From assembly GCA_963727775.1 (NCBI GenBank), contig CAVSHB010000002.1, positions 576,001-640,000 on the forward strand: DNA of 64,000 bases, read 5' to 3'. This stretch comes from an uncultured Nitrospiraceae bacterium. Its GTDB lineage: Bacteria > Nitrospirota > Thermodesulfovibrionia > Thermodesulfovibrionales > SM23-35. Under the pieces are notes generated by a model. The model was not told the origin of the DNA and searched no databases. It was given only the letters and a program-made list of their open reading frames with translations. Position numbers and translations under genes: made by a program. Below, in pieces: positions 18,947 through 29,352 of the stretch (the stretch's first letter is position 1; every line of letters begins with the position of its first letter).

Positions 18947-19704
18947 TGGGCCTTCTGGTCTCGGTTAAGAAAGCAGTCAAAGGCTTCACCTTGGATGTTT
19001 CCTGGGAAATAGGCAATGAGCTTGCCGTGCTCTTCGGCTTTTCTGGTTCCGGCAAATCACTTACTCTACAGATCATTACCGGACTGATAAAGCCTGACAG
19101 CGGTATTATCACTGTCAATGGCTCAACCTATTTCGATAGTGCACTCCATATCAGTATTTCTCCGCAGCAGCGGTCACTTGGGTATGTATCTCAGGATCTG
19201 GCGCTTTTCCCGCATATGACAGTCAGGCAAAACATCCTTTTTGGCGCCAAGGGAGTGCCCGAACGCGAGACTACTAAACGATATCAGGAAATGATAGATG
19301 CTTTTTACCTGAATGTTCTCGAAAAAAAGCGTCCTTCTGAAATATCCGGGGGGCAGAAACAGCGGGTCGCGTTTGCTCGGGCTCTGATGAGGAGACCTGA
19401 TGTTCTCTTGCTGGATGAGCCCTTTTCAGCTTTGGATACACCGCTCAGAATCGAAATGCGTACTTTTTTGAAGGACTTGCGTAATACGTTTCAGGTTCCG
19501 GTCGTACTGGTAACCCATGATGCTATAGAAGCGGCAACTTTGGCAGACTCAATCGTAGTCTATTCCGAGGGGATTGTCATTCAGAGCGGCACAGCAGCGG
19601 ATGTTTTTGGGAGTCCAACAGATGAGCGTGTCAAGCGTTTGTTGATGGGACAGGAGCATGCGCTCCACGCTCTATGCGTATTTACTAACCAACAAACAAA
19701 TTGA
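18946..19704 (+). CDS. modC: Molybdate ABC transporter ATP-binding protein (no TOBE)
   Basis: GFSGSGKS, ISGGQKQRVA, LLLDEPFSALD, VTHD. Confidence 0.9.
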   Translation: MGLLVSVKKAVKGFTLDVSWEIGNELAVLFGFSGSGKSLTLQIITGLIKPDSGIITVNGSTYFDSALHISISPQQRSLGYVSQDLALFPHMTVRQNILFGAKGVPERETTKRYQEMIDAFYLNVLEKKRPSEISGGQKQRVAFARALMRRPDVLLLDEPFSALDTPLRIEMRTFLKDLRNTFQVPVVLVTHDAIEAATLADSIVVYSEGIVIQSGTAADVFGSPTDERVKRLLMGQEHALHALCVFTNQQTN

Positions 19705-19727
19705 TTTGGATCATGAGGTCATAAACG

Positions 19728-20501
19728 ATGCTAACTCAGCTCAGTGATAAAGAATTAGAACGGTTTAGGCGGCAGTTGACGCTCAGCGGCTATACGAAGG
19801 AGCACCAGATCAAGCTGAAGAACAGCACGGCACTCATAGCTGGCGTCGGAGGGGTCGGAGGGACGACGGCCCTGTATCTTGCGATTGCCGGAATTGGCAG
19901 ACTCAAGCTTGTCCACTCCGGGGTATTAACATCCTCCAACCTGAATAGGCAGATACTGATGACGGAGGACTGGATCGGAAAGACAAGAGTTGATTGTGCA
20001 AAGGCGATAATTCAGCGCATTGCTTCAGGAGTGCAGGTGGATATCTACGATGAACGAATGACATCGGACAACAGTGCTGATTTTGTTTGCGATGCCGATG
20101 CCGCTGTTTCAGCCCGGCCCAATTTCCCTGAACGATGCGCGCTTAATAGCGCGTGCGTTCAGCACAGGATCCCCGTGATAGAAGGTGCGATGTTTGATAT
20201 GGATGCTTATGTGTTTTCCATCAACCCAGGACATACTCCCTGCTTCCACTGTCTGTTCAAAGATGCAGATAGCCGCTGGCAGGAGCTTGGATTCCCTGTG
20301 CTTGGTGCACTTTCAGGAACACTTGGCTGCATGATGGCTGTTGAGGCAGTCAAGGTCATCACCGGTTACGGCCAACCACTTTTCTCAAAAATGCTGCTGT
20401 ATAACCTTGCAAGCATGGACTTTTCTACTATCGCCATTAATCGCGACCCTAACTGTTCTGTTTGCGGAGCACTACAGGTCTCCGAAGGGGTAAAAACATG
20501 A
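19728..20501 (+). CDS. hesA: HesA-like ThiF/MoeB E1-family protein
   Basis: ELERFRRQ, AGVGGVGGTTALYLAIAGIG, NLNRQILMTEDWIGK (HesA-type), CFHC and CSVC Zn sites. Confidence 0.75.
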   Translation: MLTQLSDKELERFRRQLTLSGYTKEHQIKLKNSTALIAGVGGVGGTTALYLAIAGIGRLKLVHSGVLTSSNLNRQILMTEDWIGKTRVDCAKAIIQRIASGVQVDIYDERMTSDNSADFVCDADAAVSARPNFPERCALNSACVQHRIPVIEGAMFDMDAYVFSINPGHTPCFHCLFKDADSRWQELGFPVLGALSGTLGCMMAVEAVKVITGYGQPLFSKMLLYNLASMDFSTIAINRDPNCSVCGALQVSEGVKT

Positions 20502-20731
20502 ATACTACAACGATTACCGTAAAACTCTTTGGGCCGCTCCGGGGGAAAAGGGCATCAGACCAGAAAGTGATGATTTCAGAAAAAGAACCAATACACACTG
20601 TTATCGAACGTCTGCCAATCGAGCCACAGGCGTGGTATCTGTATTCGGTTAATGGGCAACACGCCAAAGCCGACACTCAGCTACATGATGGCGATGTTCT
20701 TATGATCATCCCTCCGATCAGCGGTGGATAA
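20498..20731 (+). CDS. MoaD/ThiS-family ubiquitin-like sulfur carrier
   Basis: TVKLFG, SVNG, LHDGD, C-terminal PPISGG; ATGA overlap with the hesA stop. Confidence 0.88.
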   Translation: MNTTTITVKLFGPLRGKRASDQKVMISEKEPIHTVIERLPIEPQAWYLYSVNGQHAKADTQLHDGDVLMIIPPISGG

Positions 20732-20864
20732 GTGGAGACCGCAAAAAACCGGGGAGGCATAGTGCGTCATCTCCTACAAGAAGAATTGATTTCCGCCCCA
20801 TCTTTCCAGTTCATCCCAAATGCTTCAAGATATTAGAGATAAAGTATTTATGAATTATCTGGGT

Positions 20865-21000
20865 TAGAGTCTGTCCATAAATTGCTTTTATTGTAAGAAA
20901 CCGTCATTCCTGTGAAAACGGGAATCCATTCTTTCCAAAGGTTTCTGGATACCCACCTTCGCGGGTATGACGGATTAAATGGAGTTTATGGACAGATACT
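20865..21000. mobile_element. MITE-like element containing a REP-like palindrome pair
   Basis: Outer IR TCTGTCCATAAA / TTTATGGACAGA; inner CCGTCATTCCTGTGAAAACGGGAATCCA ... TGGATACCCACCTTCGCGGGTATGACGG. Confidence 0.7.
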
Positions 21001-21262
21001 TATTAGTCCGGATTACGAACGAGATAGGTGTTCCGCGAGGACATAGTCCACTTTATTCATACACTGATCATCGATAACGGCGGAAAAGGCGGACACGGTA
21101 TTTTCGCTCATTCTCGGGCTATCGCCCTCCGAGGTAAATTCTGTTCCGATAAATCTTCACAGAATTTAAAGCCGCTCAAATACCGTCTCCACTTTTATTT
21201 ACAAATACTTTATGAAAATTAGAGTCTGCATAATCCGCAAGCTTTTGTGACTTCCCAAAAAG

Positions 21263-21367
21263 CTACAAAAATGTATACAAAAATGTAGCAAGTAACATTA
21301 TTGTAGCATTAACTGGAAATGCCTTTCTTTAATTATCAATAAGTTATCACCTGGCATGGTTTTCGTA
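21263..21367 (+). promoter_or_regulatory. Sigma54 promoter with three ACA-N4-TGT boxes and IHF site
   Basis: TACAAAAATGTA x2 plus ACATTATTGT; TATCAATAAGTTA (IHF consensus); TGGCATGGTTTTCGTA (variant -12). Confidence 0.7.
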
Positions 21368-21389
21368 TTGAGGACATCAGGTGAGAACG

Positions 21390-21587
21390 ATGGAATCCCT
21401 CACGGAGAAACTCAAAGAGATCGAAAAGGGAGAGATCCTTAACGCATTGAGAGAGTGCAATTGGATTATGTCGAGGGCCGCAAGAAGACTCGGTATAACC
21501 GAAAGGATGATCGGTTACAAGATCAAGAAATACCGGATAAAAAGGGAGGTGGAGAATTTCGAGGGGCAAGATATACGAGGGGCATAA
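21390..21587 (+). CDS. Stand-alone Fis-type HTH protein resembling the C-terminal DNA-binding domain of NifA-like sigma54 activators
   Basis: LKEIEKGEILNALRECNWIMSRAARRLGITERMIGYKIKKY; start could be GTG 21381. Confidence 0.8.
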   Translation: MESLTEKLKEIEKGEILNALRECNWIMSRAARRLGITERMIGYKIKKYRIKREVENFEGQDIRGA

Positions 21588-21646
21588 AGCAATTTGCAAT
21601 CGAGCTACAATTTTGTTATATGGGTATTAATAAAAAAAGGAGGAAG

Positions 21647-22771
21647 ATGACGAAAGGGATTTTTACAAGCGGGCTGATGTTTTTAGTGTTATTAACATTC
21701 AGTGCGGGGGTTTGGGCTGATGAGGAGAAGAAGGCAAGCGGGATCAATGTTGACGAAATAAAGAAAGCGCTCGGCCTGAGCATATATCTGCAGGGAGGAT
21801 ACAACTATAACTTTGCGAGCCCGGATTCGGGTGAGAACCAGTTGAGGGTGTTCGACCATAAGGCCAACAGCTTTACGCTGGACCTTGCGCAGATACAATT
21901 TGTAAAAGACCCGGCCGTAGGCGGCTTAGGCTATAAGCTGAAATTATCATTCGGCGAGACCGCTAAGTTTATCCATGCCACGGGACTCGGCAATGCAGGT
22001 GATGAATTTGATCTCACCGAGGCGTATATAAGTTATTCAGCGCCATTGGGTAAGGGTCTCAGGTTCGACTTTGGAAAGATGGCGACATATCACGGGGCGG
22101 AGGTGATCGAGGCAAGGGACAACCCGAACTATTCCCGCTCTTATCTTTTTAACTTTGCCATACCATTCACCCATACAGGACTGAAAATGAGTTATGCATT
22201 TTCCGATACCCTGAACGCGTCGGTCCATGTAGTCAACGGTTGGGACAACTTCAACGATAACAACAAGTCGAAAACCATGGGCTTATCAGTCGGCTATACC
22301 CCGGTTGAACAGCTTGCAATGATTTTCAACCTTATGTACGGACCTGAAAAAGACGATAACAACCACGACAACCGGTTTCTGTTCGACTGGGTAGGTACGA
22401 TAAAGCCTGTAAAGAACCTTAGCATAATACTGAATACCGATTATGCGACAGAGCAACACTCTGATCCTGACAGCGGCGGCACGGCCAAATGGTATGGAGT
22501 ATCGGCAATCGCAAAATACGACTTCAGCGACATGTACAGTTTGTCGTTGAGGGGAGAATATTTCAACGACCAGAACGGGGTGAGAACAGGTACCCCGCAG
22601 CATTTGAAAGAAGTAACGCTGACGCCGGAGATCAGGGTAGCACAGGGTTTGATCGTGAGGCCTGAGTACAGGCATGACTGGTCGAACGGAACGGTATTTG
22701 ATGCACACGACATGCCGCTGAACAAGAAGCAGCAGGACACGGTTACCCTAGCGTTGATGTATACATGGTAA
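21647..22771 (+). CDS. Outer-membrane beta-barrel porin (DUF1597/BBP2-like)
   Basis: Signal peptide; GAEVIEARDNPNYSRSYLF..PFTHTG, NGWD, RGEYF, RPEYRHD; C-terminal aromatic MYTW. Start after AGGAGG. Confidence 0.75.
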   Translation: MTKGIFTSGLMFLVLLTFSAGVWADEEKKASGINVDEIKKALGLSIYLQGGYNYNFASPDSGENQLRVFDHKANSFTLDLAQIQFVKDPAVGGLGYKLKLSFGETAKFIHATGLGNAGDEFDLTEAYISYSAPLGKGLRFDFGKMATYHGAEVIEARDNPNYSRSYLFNFAIPFTHTGLKMSYAFSDTLNASVHVVNGWDNFNDNNKSKTMGLSVGYTPVEQLAMIFNLMYGPEKDDNNHDNRFLFDWVGTIKPVKNLSIILNTDYATEQHSDPDSGGTAKWYGVSAIAKYDFSDMYSLSLRGEYFNDQNGVRTGTPQHLKEVTLTPEIRVAQGLIVRPEYRHDWSNGTVFDAHDMPLNKKQQDTVTLALMYTW

Positions 22772-22802
22772 GTAAAAAGAAAGATCAGCAAAGGAGGTTT
22801 GT

Positions 22803-24176
22803 ATGAAACGATTATTGAGTATATTGATGATAACAATCTGGATAATGAGTTTTGCGGGATTATTGTTTGCAGAAGAGGCCGTGACTAACCCTCCGACCCC
22901 CCCCGCAGCCGGGCAGGCCCAGCCTGCCCAGCCTGCGCCTCAGGCAACTGCGCCTGCGCCGAAGATAGACACAGGCGACACAGCATGGATGATCGTAGCA
23001 ACAGCGTTCGTCATGCTCATGACCTTACCTGGCCTTGCCCTGTTTTATGGCGGTCTGGCCAAGAGGAAAGACACCCTTAATACCATGGCTATGTCCTTTG
23101 TGACATATTGCATAGTGAGTCTGCTTTGGGTTATTTACGGGTTTACCTTTGCTTTCGGAACTGATGTTGGTGGAATTATAGGAAGTAGCGAAAAACTGTT
23201 TCTCCACGGCGTCGGGGTCAACAGTATCAATGACTTTGCTAAGACGATACCGGAGTATATCTATGTTGTTTATCAGCTCACATTTGCCGCCATAACCGTT
23301 GCCCTTGCAAGCGGCGGATATATTGAGAGGATGAAATTTTCGGCATGGGTGCTCTTTTCGATATTATGGTTAAGCCTGGTATATCTACCTATCGCGCACT
23401 GGGTATGGGGCGGCGGGTTTCTGGCAAAGATGGGGGCGCTGGATTTTGCAGGAGGTACAGTAGTGCACATTAATGCAGGTATTGCAGCTCTCGTAGGGGC
23501 ACTGGTCCTCGGTAAAAGGAAAGAAGCGTCCCTTAAACCGAGTAATTTAACGCTCGTCATTACCGGCGCGGGACTGCTCTGGTTCGGTTGGTTCGGTTTC
23601 AATGCAGGTTCGGCGGTTGCGGCAAACGGTCTTGCCGGCGCGGCTTTTATCAATACCAATACGGCAACCGCAATGGCGGCTGTATCATGGATGTTGACCG
23701 AATGGTTGCATACAAAGAAGCCGACTGTCCTCGGCCTTGCCTCAGGAGCGGTAGCGGGTCTTGTCGCGATTACTCCGGCGGCAGGATTTGTGAATATCAG
23801 CGGTGCATTTATTATCGGGATTCTGGCCGGTATAGTCCCCTATTTCGCTGTAGCAGCCATTAAACCGAGACTCGGTTATGACGACTCCCTTGATGCGTTC
23901 GGTATACATGGTGTCGGTGGGACTTTAGGCGCGGTTCTTACCGGTATATTTGCAGATCCGGCAATCAACGACGCAGGGAAAGGCCTTTTATACGGCAACC
24001 CCGGCCAGCTTTTGATGCAGCTCAAAGCCGTAGGCGTGACTTTAATATATAGCGGCGTCATGACCTTTATAATCTTCATGGTCATTAAGGCCACCATCGG
24101 GATAAGGGTCGGAGCCGAACAGGAAATTGTCGGGCTCGATGAAAGCCAGCACGGTGAAAAAGCATACAATCTGTAA
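22803..24176 (+). CDS. amtB: Ammonium transporter
   Basis: [53 protein letters not shown]. Confidence 0.95.
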   Translation: MKRLLSILMITIWIMSFAGLLFAEEAVTNPPTPPAAGQAQPAQPAPQATAPAPKIDTGDTAWMIVATAFVMLMTLPGLALFYGGLAKRKDTLNTMAMSFVTYCIVSLLWVIYGFTFAFGTDVGGIIGSSEKLFLHGVGVNSINDFAKTIPEYIYVVYQLTFAAITVALASGGYIERMKFSAWVLFSILWLSLVYLPIAHWVWGGGFLAKMGALDFAGGTVVHINAGIAALVGALVLGKRKEASLKPSNLTLVITGAGLLWFGWFGFNAGSAVAANGLAGAAFINTNTATAMAAVSWMLTEWLHTKKPTVLGLASGAVAGLVAITPAAGFVNISGAFIIGILAGIVPYFAVAAIKPRLGYDDSLDAFGIHGVGGTLGAVLTGIFADPAINDAGKGLLYGNPGQLLMQLKAVGVTLIYSGVMTFIIFMVIKATIGIRVGAEQEIVGLDESQHGEKAYNL

Positions 24177-24192
24177 CGAAATATAAAAGTAG

Positions 24193-24549
<357 letters not shown>

Positions 24550-24560
24550 GGAAATTTATC

Positions 24561-24769
24561 CTACAAAATTGTAGAAGCTACAAAATTGTAGGATTATTTC
24601 GCACAGCACCCAGCCTTTCGGGAAATGTTGATAGACCTTGATAATAAGGGCTGCGGCTTTTTTTTGAGTAAACAATTCCTACAAAATTGTAGGAATTGTT
24701 TACTGCTGTATTTTCCAGTAATAATTATTGCTTTAGAATCAAGCAGTTCCTCCTGGCATGCTTTTAGAT
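24561..24769 (+). promoter_or_regulatory. Putative sigma54 promoter of amtB2-glnA with three CTACAAAATTGTAG boxes
   Basis: Boxes at 24561, 24578, 24679; AATCAAGCAGTT IHF-like site at 24737; TGGCATGCTTTTAGAT at 24754 (non-canonical -12). Confidence 0.6.
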
Positions 24770-24800
24770 ATATAGCATGCAAAGAACCAAAGGAGGAAGT

Positions 24801-26148
24801 ATGGGCAAATTACTTGGAGTACTCTTATTAATGGGACTGTTGTGTATGACCGTGCCAGGGATATTATACGGCCAGGATGTGGCTCCGGTCTCCGGTCAGG
24901 TTGCTCCTGCTGTTGCAACCTCAAAGATAGACTCCGGAGACACTGCGTGGATGCTGGTCTCCACCGCACTGGTTATGCTTATGACGCCCGGGCTTGCCCT
25001 GTTTTACGGTGGAATGGTGAGAGGGAAAAACGTGCTCGGAACGATCATGCAAAGCTTTATTGCCATTGCGGTGATAAGCGTGCAGTGGATATTGATCGGA
25101 TACAGTCTTTCCTTTGGCCCTGACGTACATGGCGTCATCGGAAGCCTCGAGCTGGGCAGGTCTCAATGGGGTCGGGATTACGCCGAATCCTGATTATGCG
25201 CCCACAATTCCTCATGCGCTGTTTATGATGTATCAGGCAATGTTTGCGGTTATTACTCCGGCGCTGATCACAGGCGCATTCGCAGAAAGAATGAAATTCT
25301 CGGCATTCCTCGTCTTCACCATAATATGGTCGACCGTTGTCTATGACCCGGTGGCCCATTGGGTCTGGGGTGCAGGCGGGTGGCTTAAGAATATGGGCGC
25401 TCTGGATTTTGCAGGCGGCATTGTTGTTCATCTCATCTCCGGGATTTCCGCCCTTGCTGCTGCGCTTGTTATCGGAAAAAGAAAAGGTTATCTGCAGGAA
25501 GCGATGTATCCTCACAACCTTCCGATGACCGTTCTCGGCGCCGGGCTTTTGTGGTTCGGATGGTTCGGGTTTAATGCCGGAAGCGCCCTTTCAGCCGGTA
25601 CATTAAGCACTATGGCCTTTGTTGCTACACATATATCCGCTGTCGTCGCGACAACGGTTTGGGTGGTCATCGAATGGCTGCACAGGGGCAAGCCTACAAT
25701 GTTCGGCGCCGCAACGGGAGCAATTGCGGGGCTTGCCACAATAACGCCCGCAGCCGGTTTCGTAAGCCCGATGTCGGCGTTTATTATAGGGTTATCAGCC
25801 GGCGCTGTTTGCTATGGAGCCTTGAATATGAAGGGCAGAATAGGCTATGATGATTCACTCGATGCATTCGGAGTCCATGGAGTCGGAGGTATATTGGGAA
25901 CGATCGCAACAGGTCTTTTTGCCCAGACATTGATCAACCCTGCGGGGGGCAACGGACTCTTCTTCGGCAATAATAATATGTTTATCTCGCAGGTGATCGC
26001 GATACTGGTAACGGGAGTTTATTCATTTGTTATTACCATAGTGCTCCTTAAGGTAATCGACAGAACTATAGGATTGAGGCTCGGCGAAGAGGCAGAGATG
26101 AGCGGTCTCGATATATCCCAGCATGGTGAGAGCGGATATTCTTCGTAA
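24801..26148 (+). pseudogene. amtB: Second ammonium transporter with a +1 frameshift near 25150
   Basis: N-terminal Amt part in ORF 24777-25193 and C-terminal part in ORF 25114-26148; one extra base in CTCGAGCTGG. May be a sequencing error. Confidence 0.85.
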
Positions 26149-26207
26149 AGCTGCATAAACCTGCGAAGCAAAATTTCAAAACTTTATTTTATAAGGAGGT
26201 AGTCGAC

Positions 26208-27620
26208 ATGACACCAAAAGAAGTAATGGAATTGGCAAAGAAGAACAAAGCAGTAATGGTAGACCTGAAGTTCATGGATTTTCCGGGACTGTGGCAGCAT
26301 TTTTCGGTACCGATAAAAGAGCTGACAGAGGACATGTTCGAAAGCGGGTTGGGCTTTGACGGCTCATCCATAAGGGGCTGGCAGGCGATCCACATGAGCG
26401 ACATGCTGGTAATCCCGGATCCAACGACAGCGATAATGGACCCGGTGACGCAACACCCCACGGTGAGCATGATCTGCACAATCGTAGACCCGATCACAAA
26501 AGAGCAATACTCAAGAGACCCCCGGTATGTCGCGCAGAAGGCTGAAGCCTACATGAAGTCGACAAAGGTTGCCGACACGGCATACTTCGGACCCGAGGCG
26601 GAATTCTTCATATTTGATGACGTGCGGTTTGACTATACCTCAAACAGCGGATATCACTTTGTAGATTCAGACGAGGGGATATGGAACTCGGGGAGAGAAG
26701 AAAGCCCGAACCTCGGATACAAGCCGAGACATAAAGAGGGATACTTCCCGGTCGCCCCGATGGACAAGCAGCAGGACCTCCGGACAGAGATGGTGCTGGA
26801 GTTGCAGAAGGCGGGGATAGAGATAGAGGCCCAGCATCATGAAGTAGCGACAGGGGGCCAGGCGGAGATCGATATGAGGTTCTCGCCCCTGGTAAACATG
26901 GCGGACAAGTTGATGATGTACAAGTATATCATCAAGAATGTAGCAGTAAGGAACGGAAAGACCGTGACGATGATGCCGAAGCCACTCTTCGGCGATAATG
27001 GTTCAGGCATGCATACACACCAGAGCCTGTGGAAAGGCGGCAAGCCGTTATTTGCGGGTAACGCATACGCTGGGGTGTCCGAAATGGCCTTGTATTACAT
27101 AGGGGGAATACTCAAGCATGCCGCGGCGCTGGCAGCGTTAGTAGCGCCAACAACGAACTCATACAAGAGACTGGTGCCGGGATATGAGGCGCCGATCAAC
27201 CTTGCGTATTCAAGCAGGAACCGGTCGGCGGCGATCAGGATCCCAATGTATTCCCCGAGCCCGAAGGCAAAGAGGATAGAAGTAAGGTTCCCTGATCCGT
27301 CCTGCAACCCGTATCTTGCGTTCTCAGCGATGCTCATGGCGGGATTGGACGGGATAGAGAACAAGATAGATCCTGGAGAGCCGCTGGATAAGGACATCTA
27401 CGAGCTTGGGCCTGAGGAACTCGCGAAGGTGCCGAGTCTTCCTGGTTCACTCGAGGACGCGCTTGATTGCCTTGAGAAAGACCACGACTTCATGATGAAA
27501 GGCGACGTATTCACGAAAGATGTAATCGAGATGTGGATAAGCTACAAGAGAGCTAAAGAAGTCGACGCGCTGAGGCTCAGGCCCCATCCCTACGAGTTCT
27601 TTCTCTATTACGATATTTAA
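26208..27620 (+). CDS. glnA: Glutamine synthetase type I
   Basis: [51 protein letters not shown]. Confidence 0.97.
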   Translation: MTPKEVMELAKKNKAVMVDLKFMDFPGLWQHFSVPIKELTEDMFESGLGFDGSSIRGWQAIHMSDMLVIPDPTTAIMDPVTQHPTVSMICTIVDPITKEQYSRDPRYVAQKAEAYMKSTKVADTAYFGPEAEFFIFDDVRFDYTSNSGYHFVDSDEGIWNSGREESPNLGYKPRHKEGYFPVAPMDKQQDLRTEMVLELQKAGIEIEAQHHEVATGGQAEIDMRFSPLVNMADKLMMYKYIIKNVAVRNGKTVTMMPKPLFGDNGSGMHTHQSLWKGGKPLFAGNAYAGVSEMALYYIGGILKHAAALAALVAPTTNSYKRLVPGYEAPINLAYSSRNRSAAIRIPMYSPSPKAKRIEVRFPDPSCNPYLAFSAMLMAGLDGIENKIDPGEPLDKDIYELGPEELAKVPSLPGSLEDALDCLEKDHDFMMKGDVFTKDVIEMWISYKRAKEVDALRLRPHPYEFFLYYDI

Positions 27621-27650
27621 CAATAATTGCCTTTAAGTCGCATGATATTT

Positions 27651-27700
27651 GTAACTCCTCCTAACCTCCCCTTAAGATAAGGGGAGGAAGGTGGGGTTAT
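27651..27700. repeat. REP-like palindrome / terminator after glnA
   Basis: CCTCCCCTTA-AGA-TAAGGGGAGG core with an outer imperfect TAACTCC/GGGGTTA stem. Confidence 0.6.
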
Positions 27701-27802
27701 GAAATCTTGATGAATTGCATTCACCTCAACCTTTACACCTTCCGAAAGTAATTGTTAAGCTAATATTTGAGAGCAAAGCAGTCGCAGCCCATTACTGATA
27801 TA

Positions 27803-28572
27803 ATGACGAACAAGAATAATCATACGGTATGGCATAAGGGGTCCCTCACTAAAGAAGACCGTAACAGATTGAACAATCATGACAGCGGCGTCATCTGGTT
27901 AACCGGTTTATCGGCCTCCGGAAAATCCACTATAGCCCATATGATCGAGAAAAGGTTATATATGGACGGCATTAGAGCTTATGTCCTCGACGGGGACAAT
28001 ATACGGCACGGTCTCAATGCGGACCTGGGGTTCAGCGTTGAGGACAGGATAGAGAATATACGGAGAATCATTGAGGTGGGGCCGGGCTTTTTGCAGACGC
28101 GGGCATAATTGTTCTTACGGCATTTATTAATCTCCATACCCCGCCGTCTCTGCGGCGGGCACCTTACGTCGTCGGGGTGCAGGGCGTCGGAGCGAAGCGC
28201 AGACCCTTGCCGACCCGCGGGGTCTAATACCCCGTGGTGTCGTGCCGAGCAAAGCGAGGTTTAGTTTATTACGCCTTTCGAGAGCCAGAGAAAATTCGTC
28301 AGGGGCCATTTCCAGAATACCAAATTTATGGAAGTCTATGTCAAATGTCCTCTCGAAGAATGTGTCAGAAGGGACCCCAAGGGATTATATAAAAAGGCGC
28401 GGACGGGGGCATAATCGAAAATTATACCGGGATTTCCTCCCCCTTTGAGGAACCGGAGGCCCCCGATCTTGTGCTCGACACCCAGAAAATGGGCCTCGAT
28501 GAATCGGTCTCGGCGGTCCTGGATTATGTCAAAAAGACCGGGTTTTTGAAACCGAAAAATATTGGCGGCTGA
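27803..28572 (+). pseudogene. cysC: Adenylyl-sulfate kinase with two frameshifts and a 142-bp insertion
   Basis: [28 protein letters not shown]; later EVYVKCPLEEC..RDPKGLYKKA and NYTGISSPFEEP in shifted frames. Confidence 0.88.
28128..28269. mobile_element. ~141-bp non-autonomous palindromic element, copy 1 (in cysC)
   Basis: Near-identical to 63281-63421; hairpins CCCGCC-GTCTCTGC-GGCGGG and CGGGG-TCTAATA-CCCCG; removing it restores the cysC frame (A-F-I-T-P). Confidence 0.85.
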
Positions 28573-28623
28573 TAGGCTTACCCAAACGTTGCATAAAGAT
28601 ATAGTCATTCAACCGTCAACGCG

Positions 28624-29022
28624 TCAGTATTTGAATAGAGCGAGAGCACTGTGTTTTGCCATCACATTGAAATGTTCATCATATGTCATAAGAGAGAGGC
28701 TGTTCTCTATTGCAGCCTGTGCAATTAAAAGATCCACAGTGCTCGCTGTATAGCCTTTTCTTGCAAGCTCGTATCCCAGCTTTCCGGCGTGCAAATATGT
28801 CGTTTCATCCACGGGAATGCACTGCATGACATCAAAGGCGTCATAAAGAATCTGCAGCGCTTTTTGGTCTTTTGCCCCATTAATCAGTTCGAGAGCTACA
28901 ATGCCTGTGTAGACAGCCTTCCCGGATTTGAGCAGCGCGGCAATACGCTCTGTCAGGTCAGAATCTATTCCTCTGAAAAAGGCGATCCAGACAGAGGTGT
29001 CGACAAGTACCTTAGCGTCCAT
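28624..29022 (-). CDS. vapC: PIN-domain toxin
   Basis: VLVDTSVWI, ELING, DLLIA, TYDEHF. Confidence 0.9.
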   Translation of the reverse strand: MDAKVLVDTSVWIAFFRGIDSDLTERIAALLKSGKAVYTGIVALELINGAKDQKALQILYDAFDVMQCIPVDETTYLHAGKLGYELARKGYTASTVDLLIAQAAIENSLSLMTYDEHFNVMAKHSALALFKY

Positions 29023-29209
29023 GCCGCGATTTTTCCCATTTGTCCGAAAATTCCAGCTTGCCGGCCAACGATAGGACCCTTTCGATCTTCCTCTGCCGTA
29101 TCAGCTCTCTGAGTCCTGTGATGACGGCTTCCGTCTTCGTCCTGCTTTTGGATGCCGTCATCGCTTCTTTTATAAGCTCATCCGGTATGTTTAATGTAGT
29201 TTTCATCAT
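29012..29209 (-). CDS. vapB: VapB-type antitoxin
   Basis: MKTTLNIPDELI..A....TKTEAV..GLRELIR; overlaps vapC. Confidence 0.85.
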   Translation of the reverse strand: MMKTTLNIPDELIKEAMTASKSRTKTEAVITGLRELIRQRKIERVLSLAGKLEFSDKWEKSRHGR

Positions 29210-29322
29210 ACCTCCTAAATGTATATATTCGTATGTATATTATATCAAAAAAAGTAATATATTCTTCAATAAAAAATATGTATCTTCGCGCAGGAGTGTG
29301 GGTCATTCTTGTAACAAATCAT

Positions 29323-29352
29323 GTCATTCCCCGACTTGATCGGGGAATCCAG
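29323..29352. repeat. REP-like half element
   Basis: GTCATTCCCCGACTTGATCGGGGAATCCAG, same type as the inner repeat at ~20901. Confidence 0.65.

Noticed and set aside
21455..21646. 64-aa N-terminal extension of the porin
   Set aside because: Overlaps the HTH minigene; RBS and signal peptide point to ATG 21647. The same reasoning was applied to the GH44, ileS and panC extensions.
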